Of a stretch of 64,000 nucleotides of DNA, positions 32,312-42,610 are shown in pieces. Positions within the stretch are counted from its first letter, which is position 1; each line of letters begins with the position of its first letter. The DNA is taken from contig CAWCIZ010000003.1 of assembly GCA_963795855.1 (NCBI GenBank), forward strand, positions 224,001 through 288,000, written 5' to 3'. The notes under the pieces were generated by a model. That model was given only the letters and a program-made list of their open reading frames with translations, did no database searches and had not been told where the DNA came from. This stretch comes from Vulcanimicrobiota bacterium. GTDB taxonomy: Bacteria; Vulcanimicrobiota; Vulcanimicrobiia; Vulcanimicrobiales; Vulcanimicrobiaceae. A program made the position numbers and the translations under genes.

Positions 32312-33445
32312 CTAGAGATTCGGCGGCCAGGGCGCGCCCACCGTCAAGGCGGCGCCGAAATGTCCGGTCCCGCCGATGGTTTGCACTTCCTGGAAGAGTA
32401 AGCGCGCGTGCGGCGTGACGTGGAAAGCCGCGTAGTAGATGACGTCTCGAGCCGTGAACGGCGAGGCGGCGGCGTCGTAACGGACGCCCACGTAGGTGTG
32501 GGGCGTCGGATAGTATTTGAACCGCACGTATCCGCCGCTGCTGCCGACCACGGTACCGAACCCGTCGGCGTCGGCATCGCGGCCCCACCATTGTTCCGCC
32601 TGCAAATCGAAGCGGCCGGCGACCGCGTGCAGTAATGCGCCGGCTCGGCGGTATCCGTCCGCGAATCCGCCCGTTCCGGCCGGCACGATCCAGCGCGTTC
32701 CCGAAATCCACTCCCCGCCCAGCGTCACGCCGCGTGCGACCGGCGCGCGCAAAAACAGGCCGATTTCAGGCGACTTCGCCGAGGTGGTCTCGCCCGTAGC
32801 CAGCGGCTTTCCCCCGTATGCGGAACCTTTGTATTCGCCGGTCGAAATCGTGACGTCGCCGGTCACCGCGCCGGACGTACGCTCGAGTTGTACGCCCCAG
32901 CGCGGCGAGGAGAGCGCGAGATCGTTCAGGCCGACGTGACTTCCGTAATACCCGTACTCGGTGAGATCGTCCAAACGCTGACCCGGCGATTGGGCCAGCG
33001 GCAATTCGAAGAGCCCAGCGCGGTACAACGACTTCGTATGCGGGTTGTACGTGGCGAGATACCCCAAAAAGAGCGCGCTCGGACCGCCGCCTGCGCCGAG
33101 ATTGTAATGCACGAACACGCTGATTCTGCCGATGTCCGCGTTCGAAAGAAGCACGCCGCCCGGAGAGAAGCGGCGGCTTCCGGGAACGGGATCTTTTTCG
33201 TATTCGAGTTGATACCGCAGCGCGATTCCCGTCGTGCCGTGCTTCGGAAGCGGCAGTTGATAGCCGTGCGCGCGAAACGAAAGTCCGAATGCATTGAGTT
33301 CGGGGAGCACCGAGTGACAGGCGCCGCACTGCAAACGATACCGCTGCGCGAAAAGCGGAATGGCGCTCGCGGGCTGTGGACTTGTGGCGAACGCGGCGGC
33401 GAGCAGCGCAAAAAACGCAATCGCGCACGCGAATTTACTGCGCAA
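32312..33445 (-). CDS. secreted monoheme cytochrome c-porin-like protein (Cyc2-like)
   Basis: Signal peptide then IPLFAQRYRLQCGACHSVLPELNAFGLSFRAHGY; remainder rich in alternating beta-strand patterns; TTG start assumed. Confidence 0.7.
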   Translation of the reverse strand: MRSKFACAIAFFALLAAAFATSPQPASAIPLFAQRYRLQCGACHSVLPELNAFGLSFRAHGYQLPLPKHGTTGIALRYQLEYEKDPVPGSRRFSPGGVLLSNADIGRISVFVHYNLGAGGGPSALFLGYLATYNPHTKSLYRAGLFELPLAQSPGQRLDDLTEYGYYGSHVGLNDLALSSPRWGVQLERTSGAVTGDVTISTGEYKGSAYGGKPLATGETTSAKSPEIGLFLRAPVARGVTLGGEWISGTRWIVPAGTGGFADGYRRAGALLHAVAGRFDLQAEQWWGRDADADGFGTVVGSSGGYVRFKYYPTPHTYVGVRYDAAASPFTARDVIYYAAFHVTPHARLLFQEVQTIGGTGHFGAALTVGAPWPPNL

Positions 33446-33908
33446 CGATCGCTCCCCGCATGGGCGCGCCGTAGTGGAAGAAGCAGCCAAACAAATACGT
33501 GCCGGGCGCGTCAATCCGTATCAGCTGCGAACTCTGTCCGGCCTGCAGCGCGCCGCTGCTCCACGCCGACGAAACGGCGCTGCCGGCCTGCGTCTGCGCG
33601 CTTACGCTGAACGGCGAACTCGCGGGAAACACGGCGGCGCCGGGAATGGCGGTAGCCGTATGCGCAAAGCCGTCGGAATTTACGAATTGCACGAAACTCC
33701 CCACCGCAACGTTCGTTTGTGCCGGCGCATAACCGGCTGACGCGCCCGCCGGCAGCGCAGTCGTTGCGGAATGCAGCGTGAGATTGATGTCGATCTTGGC
33801 GATCTGGGCGCCGCCCGGCGAGACGCTCCCCGTCGTCGCGGACCCGGGCATGCCGCCCGGAGTGCAGGCCGTCAACAGCACGAGCAGCGCAAATCCGATC
33901 CATTTCAT
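33435..33908 (-). CDS. cupredoxin (type-1 copper) lipoprotein
   Basis: Lipobox LTAC; AHT plus PGTY..GCFFHYGAPM (H, C, H, M ligands). Confidence 0.85.
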   Translation of the reverse strand: MKWIGFALLVLLTACTPGGMPGSATTGSVSPGGAQIAKIDINLTLHSATTALPAGASAGYAPAQTNVAVGSFVQFVNSDGFAHTATAIPGAAVFPASSPFSVSAQTQAGSAVSSAWSSGALQAGQSSQLIRIDAPGTYLFGCFFHYGAPMRGAIVAQ

Positions 33909-34456
33909 CGGGCAAGCTCCACGAGTTGATCGCCGAGGGCGGTCGAGGCAAGCATCGTTTTGCGCAACTGGCCGCGGCCGTCGATGAAATACACGAACGT
34001 GGTGTGCACGTCGGCGTAGCCGTCGCGCCCGCGCTGCGCCACGACGCCGAACGCGCGCATCACCGCATGAACGTCCGCGCGCGAACCGCCCGCGACGATC
34101 CACGTTCGCGGATCGGCCTGGAACCGGCGCGCAATGCCGCGCATGTCGCGCAGTGAATCGTGCTCCGGATCGAGCGTGATCGTGAGCAGTCGGACGCGCG
34201 CGTGAGTTTCCGCTAAGCGGCGCGCGGCTTGCGCGAACTGCGCGTTGATGAGCGGACACGCGTCGGTGCAATGCGCTGCGACGAACGTCACGACCAGCGG
34301 TATTCCGCGCAGCGTTTGGAACGTGAACGCGTGTCCGTTCTGATCGATCAGCCGCGGCAACCGCAGGCAGGATGCCGTGCACCCGGCCTGCGCGGGAAGG
34401 GCAAGCGCGAACGCTGCCAGGATGGCGAACGCGCTTGCCCGGATGACGCTGGGCAC
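33905..34456 (-). CDS. SCO family copper chaperone
   Basis: LIDQNG, CTDACP (CxxxC), ITLDPEHD, VHT. Confidence 0.88.
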   Translation of the reverse strand: MPSVIRASAFAILAAFALALPAQAGCTASCLRLPRLIDQNGHAFTFQTLRGIPLVVTFVAAHCTDACPLINAQFAQAARRLAETHARVRLLTITLDPEHDSLRDMRGIARRFQADPRTWIVAGGSRADVHAVMRAFGVVAQRGRDGYADVHTTFVYFIDGRGQLRKTMLASTALGDQLVELAR

Positions 34457-34457
34457 G

Positions 34458-35066
34458 TTAGTAGCCGTAACCACCGCCCGGCGGGGGCGAATTGCCGCTG
34501 CTGGGCTGCGGCGTGGCTTGCGGTCCCGGCGTCGCGTTTGCACTCACCAACAAGATGTCGCGCATGCTCGGCGCAACCATGTAGTGATAAGCGCAACCGA
34601 TGTAGTAGGTGCCGGGCGTCGACAGCGTTACGCTGACCGTGCCGCCCGGAGCGATGGTGCCGCTCGTGTAATGTCCGTCGAGCGACGTGCTTCCCGACGC
34701 GCTCGTCGAGAGCGCCGGACTTGCGGGAAACGCGCTGGTGCTCAGCACGTTCAGCGTGTGCGGCGTCGTCGACGACAGGTTCTTAAGCGTAATGACGGTA
34801 CCCGGCGCGAATGCCAGTACCTGCGAATACGTCTGCTGCGTATATCCGCCGAGAAGTCCGTACGGTGCGGTGCTCACCGTACCGATCGCGCCGCTCGGGA
34901 GAGCGATTCCGATGGTTTGCGATGAGACCGGAGGTGGTGTAGAACCGCCGCCGCCTCCTCCGCCGCCCGGCAGTGGTGTGGTGCCTCCGCCTCCGCCTCC
35001 GCCGCATGCGGCTAGCAGAGCGGTAAGCGCGAATAGTGCAATGAGTGAGTCTCTGAGTCGAAACAT
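34458..35066 (-). CDS. cupredoxin lipoprotein with Gly/Pro-rich linker
   Basis: GGAGGAGG SD; lipobox LAAC; PHTLN plus PGTYYIGCAYHYM...M. Confidence 0.82.
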   Translation of the reverse strand: MFRLRDSLIALFALTALLAACGGGGGGGTTPLPGGGGGGGGSTPPPVSSQTIGIALPSGAIGTVSTAPYGLLGGYTQQTYSQVLAFAPGTVITLKNLSSTTPHTLNVLSTSAFPASPALSTSASGSTSLDGHYTSGTIAPGGTVSVTLSTPGTYYIGCAYHYMVAPSMRDILLVSANATPGPQATPQPSSGNSPPPGGGYGY

Positions 35067-35130
35067 ACGCCCTCCTCCAAACCGTGTAGTTCGGGAAGAG
35101 CGTAGAATCAAGAAATGAAAAAAGTTTGAA

Positions 35131-35949
35131 TTACGGTTTCGCTATCGCGTCGCGCATCGCGATCGCCAGATTCTGCAGCGCCGCATCGCTTTGGGCGTCG
35201 CGCGCCGCCGCGTCGAACGCGGCGCGCGCCTCCGCGCGCTTGCCGCGGCGAAGGAGCACGGTTCCCAGTGCAAAGCGTGCGCGCCCGTACGACGGCGCAA
35301 GGTCGAGCGCGATTCGCAATTCTTGTTCCGCTGCCGCATAACGGCCTTGCTGCACTTGCGCGAGTGCAAGGTCGTAATGGGCGAGCGCGTATTGCGGATC
35401 GGATTGCAGCAACTGGCCGAAACTTGCACGAGCCGCCGCGGAGTCGCCCTGACGCAGCGCGGCAATGCCCTCCGAGTACAAAGCGCGCGCCGAGTCCGGC
35501 GCGAGCGCGACGAATTTATCGGCCACGGATCGCGCTTCGCGCAAATCGCCGCGCGCAAGATCTACCGCAATCAAATTCGCCATCGCGGCAAGAAACTCGG
35601 GGTCGCCGGCAAGCGCCGAGCGGAAAACGCGCGCCGCGTCGTCGAGCCGCTGCAAGTGCGCGTACGCGATTCCCGCATCGTAGTATGCCGTAGAAAATTG
35701 CGGTTCGGATGGACGCAATGCGATGACACGTTCGAATTCGGCGGCCGCAGCGGCCCACGCGCCTTTTCGCTCCGCGTCCAGACCGAACACGAAGCGCTCG
35801 TGCACCTCACGCGCTTGCGCGAGCGCCCGCAGCGCGCGAACGTCCGTCGTGCGGGGCGGCGGCGTCGAGGTGCCGTACGTCTGCGCGCGGGCCAATGCGG
35901 TGCTTGCCGCGAGAACGATCAGCGCCGCAGCGACCCTTCGAAACGTCAC
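35131..35949 (-). CDS. secreted tetratricopeptide repeat protein
   Basis: Signal peptide; repeated A..LG/A..AL.L.P TPR units. Confidence 0.82.
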   Translation of the reverse strand: MTFRRVAAALIVLAASTALARAQTYGTSTPPPRTTDVRALRALAQAREVHERFVFGLDAERKGAWAAAAAEFERVIALRPSEPQFSTAYYDAGIAYAHLQRLDDAARVFRSALAGDPEFLAAMANLIAVDLARGDLREARSVADKFVALAPDSARALYSEGIAALRQGDSAAARASFGQLLQSDPQYALAHYDLALAQVQQGRYAAAEQELRIALDLAPSYGRARFALGTVLLRRGKRAEARAAFDAAARDAQSDAALQNLAIAMRDAIAKP

Positions 35950-35951
35950 GC

Positions 35952-36206
35952 TTACGGCGCCGCGGAGTCGGGAAGTTCGGCGTCGCGCCAATGCTTCGCG
36001 GATGCCGCTTGCTCCGGCTTGCACGCCCAGCCCTTGCGGCCGGCTTCAGTAATCGGGCCGAGCAGCGAAGGAGCGGCCGACGGCTGCAGCGCGCCTTCGA
36101 GCGTCGATTCGACCGAAGCGGCGCCGGCAATACCGGCTGCGGCGCCGCCGGCGGCGGCGGTGAGCAGCACGGCGCACAGCACGACGCGAACCCAGAGCCT
36201 TGACAT
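35952..36206 (-). CDS. small exported hypothetical protein
   Basis: GGAAGAG SD-like sequence, signal peptide-like N-terminus. Confidence 0.55.
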   Translation of the reverse strand: MSRLWVRVVLCAVLLTAAAGGAAAGIAGAASVESTLEGALQPSAAPSLLGPITEAGRKGWACKPEQAASAKHWRDAELPDSAAP

Positions 36207-36239
36207 CTCTTCCAGTATAGCCCAAGGTCTGAAGAATAC

Positions 36240-38038
36240 GTGAATCGCTGCCTGCTTGTGCTGTTCTTGCCTGCCCTGCTGGCGGCGGCTCCCACGCCGC
36301 TCGTGGTCGGCACGGTTCGCGATCAGGAAGGCGCGCCGGTTGCGGGTGCGAGCATTCGCTCCGGTACGAGCAGTACGCAAACCGACGCGCAAGGCACGTT
36401 CGCCTTGCAGGCCGCGAACGTGCGCAGACTCGCAATTACGTGTGCGTACTGCGAACCGCTCATACTTGCGGTGACGCCGGACGAACCGGTCGTCGCACTC
36501 GTACGCCGTTACAACGCGCTCGCGCAAGAGACGCCCTCCGAACGCGACGTCGCATCCGTGCCGTACGCGCACGTCGAATCGGTCGCTGCGCTGCGTCCCT
36601 TCTCCGTGCTCGAAAACAGACTCGGCTCCGCTTCCCGGACCGCAACTTTCCGATCGCGGACTCTCGTCTCGCGGCATGCTGGTGCTTGCAAACGGGATCC
36701 CCGCATACGACGTCGCGACGAATCAATCGCCGTTCGTTGCATTTCCCGCGTATTCGGTTCGTAATATGTCGTGGTTCTCTCCGAGCGAGGCGTTTTCGTA
36801 CGGGGACTTGGCCGGCGGTGGAACGCTGCTCGCACAGACGTACGGCGGCGATTCGCCGGACGTCGTCGCGGCCGGCGGCAGCAGCGCGGTTCGCACGGGT
36901 CAATCGTTCGAAAACGGCGCCTGGTCGGCGGCCGGCTCGCATGAGGCGCAGGACGCGCGCACACGCGCCGATGGTTTCGTCCGCGTACCGCTTTCCGACG
37001 CCGGGCTCTTTTTCACGGCCGCCGCGTCAGGCGATTACTCGTCGAAAGCCGAGCAAGATCTCGATACGTCGAACAGCGGAATCGCCGCCGAGTACGTCAG
37101 TTCCCGTGCAAATCGCGTCGACGCATCGCTTTCCGCGGACGGCGGCGGGTATAGCGGCGACAGCCCTTACGCGACGTATTCGGCCAGGTGGAGCGACGTG
37201 CAGGCGCAAGCGGAAGTTGCAACGCAGACGCGCGTGCAATTCTTTGCCGGCGCCGCCGGGCGCGCGTCGAGCGGCTATTACCGAACTTCCGATCCGGCGC
37301 TGCCGTTGACCGCAGGCACGGTCGGGCAAACGCGGCTCGATGTGGGCGCGCGAACCGCCGGCGATCGCTTCAGCGCGCAGCTCGGTATCGGCGCTTTCGG
37401 CATGCAGTACGCCGGGGGTTCGGGCACGGCGCCAAGCGCGTTCGACGGTGCTGCGTTGCTGCCGTCGTTTTCCGGATCGTATGCGTTCGACCCGCACTGG
37501 ACGCTGCGTTTGCAGGCCGGCGGCTCGTTCACGCTTCCGACGATTTTGGAGGCGTTCGTGACTCCGCCGGAAACGCCCGCGCTGCTCTTCGATCGCAATT
37601 TTTCATTCGTGCAAACGCTCGAATACGGCGACCTGCGGCGATTTCGCGCATCGGTGACGACGGCGGCAGAAACGGTGAGCGGTCTCGACCGCGGAACGAT
37701 TCATGCCGCAGGCATTTCCGCAGCGTGGCAGTTCGCACCGGCCCTATCGCTGCGAGCATGGATCCTGCGAGACAACGATCTGACGCAGCCGTACGAGGGG
37801 GTATATCGTTTCGGAACGCCGCCGGCACCCGCGACCGTCGGTTCGTATTGGATCACGTACGAAGGCCCCGGCATGCGGCTCGATGCAATTTATAGCCGCG
37901 ACTTGCTCGACTATCGCGCGGATCCGCATCTCGATTTGTCGATTTCAACGCCGCTCGGGAAGCAGACTGCGCATTTTCGCGGCGAGCGAGCGGCGCGCGG
38001 GCATCCGCTCCTTCAGCATCGGGTTACGGAATCAATAA
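36240..38038 (+). CDS. carboxypeptidase-regulatory-like domain plus TonB-dependent receptor-like barrel; extra bases at about 36620 and 37966
   Basis: GTVRDQEGAPVAGASI...TDAQGTF; plug-like RG..LVLANGIP; beta-strand-rich body; three frames join if two bases are removed. Confidence 0.65.
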
Positions 38039-39756
38039 CCCGCAGCAAGGCCTGTGGAGCGACGCCGATCGGTGCCGCCGTACCGAACGCCGCTTGCCGG
38101 ATCGACGAGCACCGCCTGCGCGGAGCCCCATGACGGAACTTCCCGGAACGTATAACCCATCGGTTTGAGCTGCGCGAGCGCGTTGCCGTCGAGCGCTCCC
38201 GGCTCCATTTCGACGCGATCGGGCAGCCATTGCATGTGCAGGCGCGGCGCGTTCACCGCTTGTTGAACGTTCATGCCGTAATCGATGACGTTTTGAATCG
38301 TGCTCAGAACGATCGTGATGATGCGCGATCCGCCCGGGCTGCCCGTTACCATGAATAGTTTGCCGCTTTTCGTGACGATCGTCGGCGTCATCGACGAGAG
38401 CGGGCGCTTTTCGGGCTGGATGTCGTTTTGGACGCCCTGAACCAACCCGAACATGTTCGGGGTGCCGGGCTTGCTGGTGAAATCATCCATCTCGTCGTTG
38501 AGAAAAAAACCCGTGTCGCCCGCGATGACGCCCGCACCGAACAGATCGTTGATCGTGTACGTAACCGCAACCGCGTTGCCCCACTTGTCGACGATGGAAT
38601 AGTGCGTGGTATCGTCGCCCTCGTGCGCCACGGGGCCCAGCCCCGGATGTACGTCGACCGACGGCGTGGCTTTTGCGGCGTCGATCGACGCACGCAATTT
38701 CGCGGCGTAATCAGACGACAGCAAATCCGCCACGGGATTTTTCACGAACGCCGGATCGCCCAAATACGTATTGCGATCCGCATATGCGCGCCGCTCGGCT
38801 TCGATGACGTAGTGAGCGCTCTGAGCGCTGTGCCAGCCCCACTCGTGCAACGGATACGCCGACAGCACGTTGAGAAGCTCGCAGAGCGTAACTCCGCCTG
38901 AACTCGGCGGCGGCGCCGAGATGACGTCGTATCCGCGGTAGCTGCAATGCACCGGCGCAGGCTCGTCGACGGCGTAGCGCTTGAAATCGTCCATGGAGAG
39001 CATGCCGCCGCCTTTGTAGCTCGCATCGACGATCGCTTGTGCGATCGGCCCGTCATAGAACGCGGTAGCGCCGCTTGTCGCGATAGCGCGCAGCGTAGCA
39101 GCGAGTTGCGGCTGGCGAAGCACCTCGCCGGCTTGCGGCAAATGTCCCGTCTTCATGAATATCGCACGCACGTTGCGTTGATTCGCGATCGTGTACGCGC
39201 CGTTCGCGCTTGTGGAAGACGCCTCGTTGAAAATTGCGGCGTCTCCGGGCTCGATACGAAATCCGCCGGCGGCCAAATGAATTGCGGGTGCCATCAGCAC
39301 GCTGCGCGGCAAGGTCGCAAAATCGGCGCGTGCCCGCTCCATGCCCATGACCGTGCCGGGAACGCCCACCGCCAAATAGCCTTTTGTGCTCGCGCGCGGC
39401 TCGATATTGCCGGCGGCGTCCAAGTACATGTGCGGGTTCGCTCGAAGCGGCGCCTTTTCACGAAAGTCGATGAAGCGCTCGTGCCCGTCGTGCATGCGCA
39501 CGAGCATGAATCCACCTCCGCCGATATTGCCGCAGCACGGATCCACCACGGCAAGCGCGTACCCAACTGCGATTGCGGCGTCGACCGCGTTGCCGCCGCG
39601 GCGCAGAATGCTTACGCCGGCTTGCGTCGCGTAACGCTGTTCCGTTGCAACCATTGCATGCGGCGCGCTCGCGGGGTGAACGCTTTGCCACGGCGGCGCC
39701 TGCGCGGGCGTGGCGGCCAGCAACACCGGAAGCGCAAGTAAGGCTCGCCTAATCAT
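38032..39756 (-). CDS. ggt: gamma-glutamyltransferase
   Basis: GGNAVDAA, IDFREKAP, PPPSSGG, TTHYS, LNDEMDDF, RPLSSMTP, GSPGGSRI. Confidence 0.95.
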   Translation of the reverse strand: MIRRALLALPVLLAATPAQAPPWQSVHPASAPHAMVATEQRYATQAGVSILRRGGNAVDAAIAVGYALAVVDPCCGNIGGGGFMLVRMHDGHERFIDFREKAPLRANPHMYLDAAGNIEPRASTKGYLAVGVPGTVMGMERARADFATLPRSVLMAPAIHLAAGGFRIEPGDAAIFNEASSTSANGAYTIANQRNVRAIFMKTGHLPQAGEVLRQPQLAATLRAIATSGATAFYDGPIAQAIVDASYKGGGMLSMDDFKRYAVDEPAPVHCSYRGYDVISAPPPSSGGVTLCELLNVLSAYPLHEWGWHSAQSAHYVIEAERRAYADRNTYLGDPAFVKNPVADLLSSDYAAKLRASIDAAKATPSVDVHPGLGPVAHEGDDTTHYSIVDKWGNAVAVTYTINDLFGAGVIAGDTGFFLNDEMDDFTSKPGTPNMFGLVQGVQNDIQPEKRPLSSMTPTIVTKSGKLFMVTGSPGGSRIITIVLSTIQNVIDYGMNVQQAVNAPRLHMQWLPDRVEMEPGALDGNALAQLKPMGYTFREVPSWGSAQAVLVDPASGVRYGGTDRRRSTGLAAGY

Positions 39757-39847
39757 TATGGCAAATTCCTCTCCAGTGTCCGTTCGAACTTGGCAAATTC
39801 GCCGAAGCCCTTCTTTGCAAGGCGGTCCCGGCACTGCTCCGAGGTAA

Positions 39848-40192
39848 TCATACGGGCTTGCCCTTCTTACGGGGGATGCGGCGCAATGCTTCAACCGCGC
39901 CCGCTACGTCCGGGTCGGCGAGGGACAGACGCAAGAGCAGCGAGCGCAGCTCGCTGAACGCAAAATAATGCGGGTTCAAGGTGATTCGCCGTTCACGACC
40001 GCTGGTTCGAATGGCGAGAACGCCGTCAGTCTCGAGCGCATCGACGATTCGCTGCACGGACAACAACGGAGCCTTCAGAACGCGCGCGACTTCTCGAGCG
40101 TACGTCTCTTCCAGAAGGGCAATGCACACCAGCACCTCTGTCCGGCGTCGGCTGCCTAGGACGCGGGACTTTGCGCCGATGGGGCTTCTCAT
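39848..40192 (-). CDS. small winged-helix DNA-binding protein
   Basis: YAREVAR...SVQRIVDALE.DGVL...GRER; GAGGA SD. Confidence 0.7.
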   Translation of the reverse strand: MRSPIGAKSRVLGSRRRTEVLVCIALLEETYAREVARVLKAPLLSVQRIVDALETDGVLAIRTSGRERRITLNPHYFAFSELRSLLLRLSLADPDVAGAVEALRRIPRKKGKPV

Positions 40193-40206
40193 AGCGTCCT
40201 CAGCTC

Positions 40207-40248
40207 CGACTACAATTGCGTAGTCGTACGACTAAGATATCGTAGTCA
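40207..40248. promoter_or_regulatory. tandem palindromic operator pair
   Basis: CGACTAC-AATTGC-GTAGTCG and CGACTAA-GATATC-GTAGTCA, starts 22 bp apart. Confidence 0.65.
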
Positions 40249-40320
40249 GAGCGGGAAGTCCAGGGATTTCCCCGAACCCGCCACGGTTCAATCAAGAGCA
40301 ACAATAAAGTAGGAGTAACC

Positions 40321-42558
40321 GTGCCAGAGTCCGTCTCACTTGAGATCGGCGGGCGCACGATGACCATTGAAACCGGCGAACTCGCGAAGCAAGCGAACGG
40401 GTCCGCGCTGGTTCGTTATGGCGATCAAAACGTCGTGCTCTGCGCCGTCACCGCCTCCGAGAAACCTCGTGAAGGCATCGATTTCTTTCCCCTGACCTGC
40501 GATTTCGAAGAAAAAATGTACGCCGCCGGAAAAATTCCGGGCGGATACATCAAACGCGAAGGGCGTCCCCCCGAGCATGCCGTCCTCAGCTCGCGGCAGA
40601 TCGACCGTCCGATTCGTCCGCTCTTCCCCGACGGCTTCCGCAACGACGTTCAAGTCGTCGCGACCGTTCTCTCCATCGATCCCGAATTAGACGCCGACGT
40701 GCTCGGCGTCTGCGCGGCCGGCGCCGCGCTCGCCGTTTCAGACATTCCATTCGACAAAACCGTGGCCGCGGTTCGCGTCGGACGCGACGAGAACGGCAAC
40801 TACGTGTGCAATCCCACGCTCAAACAGTACGAGACCGGCGGGATGGACATCGTGATTGCCGGCACCGCCGATGCCGTCATGATGGTGGAAGGCGGCGGCA
40901 ACGAGATCAGCGAGGATGACTTCCTGGGCGCGGTCGAGTTTGCGCACGACAACATCAAGAACATCGTCGCATCGATAAACGAGCTCGCGAAAAAAGCCGG
41001 GAAGGCCAAGCGCGAGTATCCGGTTCAGCGCGTTAACGCCGACCTCGACAAGTGGGTGCGCAAGACGTTCCGAAAAGACGTCGCCAAAGCCATGCGCGTG
41101 GTCGACAAGCAGTCGCGCGAAGCGGAATTCGACAAACTCTCGATCGAAGAGGCGATCGCGCGCGCCGGAAACGACACGCAGATCAAAGCGCTGCTTGAAG
41201 ATCCGGCGCTTGCCAAAGATTTCGGCAAGATCGTCAAGAACATGGAAGAGGACGAACTGCGCGTCATGGTAGTGGACGAAAAGATTCGTCCCGATGGCCG
41301 CAAGCCCGACGAAATCCGTTCGATTTGGTGCAAGGTGCACTACGTGCCCCGCGTGCACGGTTCCGGGATATTCACGCGCGGCCAAACGCAAGTCTTCACC
41401 GCCGCGACGCTCGGATCGATCAGCGATGCGCAGCGTCTGGACGGCATCGTCGCACTCGAAAACAAACGCTACATGCACTTTTACAACTTCCCGCCGTTCT
41501 CCGTGGGCGAGACGCGGCCGATGCGCGGACCGGGCCGCCGCGAAATCGGTCACGGCCACCTTGCGGAACGCGCGCTCGTCCCGGTGCTTCCGCCGAAGGA
41601 AGAGTTTCCGTACACGCTTCGTCTGATGAGCGAAGTGCTCGAGTCGAACGGTTCCTCTTCAATGGCGTCGGTGTGCGGGAGCACGCTGGCGCTCATGGAC
41701 GCCGGCGTTCCGATCAAAGATCACGTCGCCGGCGTCGCGATGGGATTGATTCTCAAAGGCGACAAGTACGCGGTTCTGACGGACATTCAAGGTTTGGAAG
41801 ACGCGCTCGGCGAGATGGACTTCAAAGTTGCGGGCACCAAAAAGGGCATCACCGCGATTCAAATGGACATCAAGGTCCAGGGCGTCACGCTCGAGATCAT
41901 GCGTGAAGCGATGGTGGAAGCCAAGAAGTCGCGCTATTTCATCATCGACAAGCTCGCGGACACGATCGGTAAACCGCGCGAGGAACTTAGCAAGTTCGCG
42001 CCGCGGATGATCGTCGTGCAGATCAATCCCGACAAAATCAAAGACGTCATCGGGCCCGGCGGCAAGGTCATCAACAAGATCATCGAGGAAACCGGCGTTG
42101 ACAAAATCGACATCGAGGACGACGGCAAGGTGTTCATCACTGCGCTCGACGGCGAGTCCGCCGACAAGGCGCGCGCCATCGTCGAATCGATTACCAAGGA
42201 CGTCGTGGTCGGCGAGACTTACATGGGCGAGGTTACGCGCATCATCAACATCGGTGCGTTCGTGAAGATTCTGCCCGGCAAGGAAGGCTTGGTGCACATC
42301 AGCCAGCTCGCGCCGACGCGCGTCGAAAAGGTCGACGACGTCGTCAAAGTCGGCGATGAGATCATGGTAAAGGTCGTCGAGGTCGACAACCAAGGCCGCA
42401 TTAATCTCTCGCGCAAAGCCGTGCTTGCGGGGACGTCCGGCAACGGCGCCGGCGCATCCGAACATGGCGGCGAGCCCGCGCGCACCGGTGGTGGACAGCA
42501 CGGGGGCGGCGGCGAAGGCGGCCGGCGTCCGCGCAGGCCGCGGCGGCGCCTGGAGTAA
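40321..42558 (+). CDS. pnp: polyribonucleotide nucleotidyltransferase
   Basis: FFPL, AGKIPGG..KREG, IDRPIRPLF, RREIGHG, ESNGSSSMASVC, GEMDFKVAG, KH and S1 domains; AGGAG SD. Confidence 0.97.
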   Translation: MPESVSLEIGGRTMTIETGELAKQANGSALVRYGDQNVVLCAVTASEKPREGIDFFPLTCDFEEKMYAAGKIPGGYIKREGRPPEHAVLSSRQIDRPIRPLFPDGFRNDVQVVATVLSIDPELDADVLGVCAAGAALAVSDIPFDKTVAAVRVGRDENGNYVCNPTLKQYETGGMDIVIAGTADAVMMVEGGGNEISEDDFLGAVEFAHDNIKNIVASINELAKKAGKAKREYPVQRVNADLDKWVRKTFRKDVAKAMRVVDKQSREAEFDKLSIEEAIARAGNDTQIKALLEDPALAKDFGKIVKNMEEDELRVMVVDEKIRPDGRKPDEIRSIWCKVHYVPRVHGSGIFTRGQTQVFTAATLGSISDAQRLDGIVALENKRYMHFYNFPPFSVGETRPMRGPGRREIGHGHLAERALVPVLPPKEEFPYTLRLMSEVLESNGSSSMASVCGSTLALMDAGVPIKDHVAGVAMGLILKGDKYAVLTDIQGLEDALGEMDFKVAGTKKGITAIQMDIKVQGVTLEIMREAMVEAKKSRYFIIDKLADTIGKPREELSKFAPRMIVVQINPDKIKDVIGPGGKVINKIIEETGVDKIDIEDDGKVFITALDGESADKARAIVESITKDVVVGETYMGEVTRIINIGAFVKILPGKEGLVHISQLAPTRVEKVDDVVKVGDEIMVKVVEVDNQGRINLSRKAVLAGTSGNGAGASEHGGEPARTGGGQHGGGGEGGRRPRRPRRRLE

Positions 42559-42574
42559 GCGACGCAGTAAACCG

Positions 42575-42610
42575 CACGGGCCCGCAGAAATGCGGGCCTC
42601 GTGTTTGTTT
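42575..42610 (+). terminator. intrinsic terminator after pnp
   Basis: GGCCCGCA-GAAA-TGCGGGCC stem followed by GTGTTTGTTT. Confidence 0.75.

Noticed and set aside
34945..35005. CCGCCT/CCG tandem repeats
   Set aside because: Encode the poly-Gly linker of the cupredoxin lipoprotein; not a CRISPR or mobile repeat
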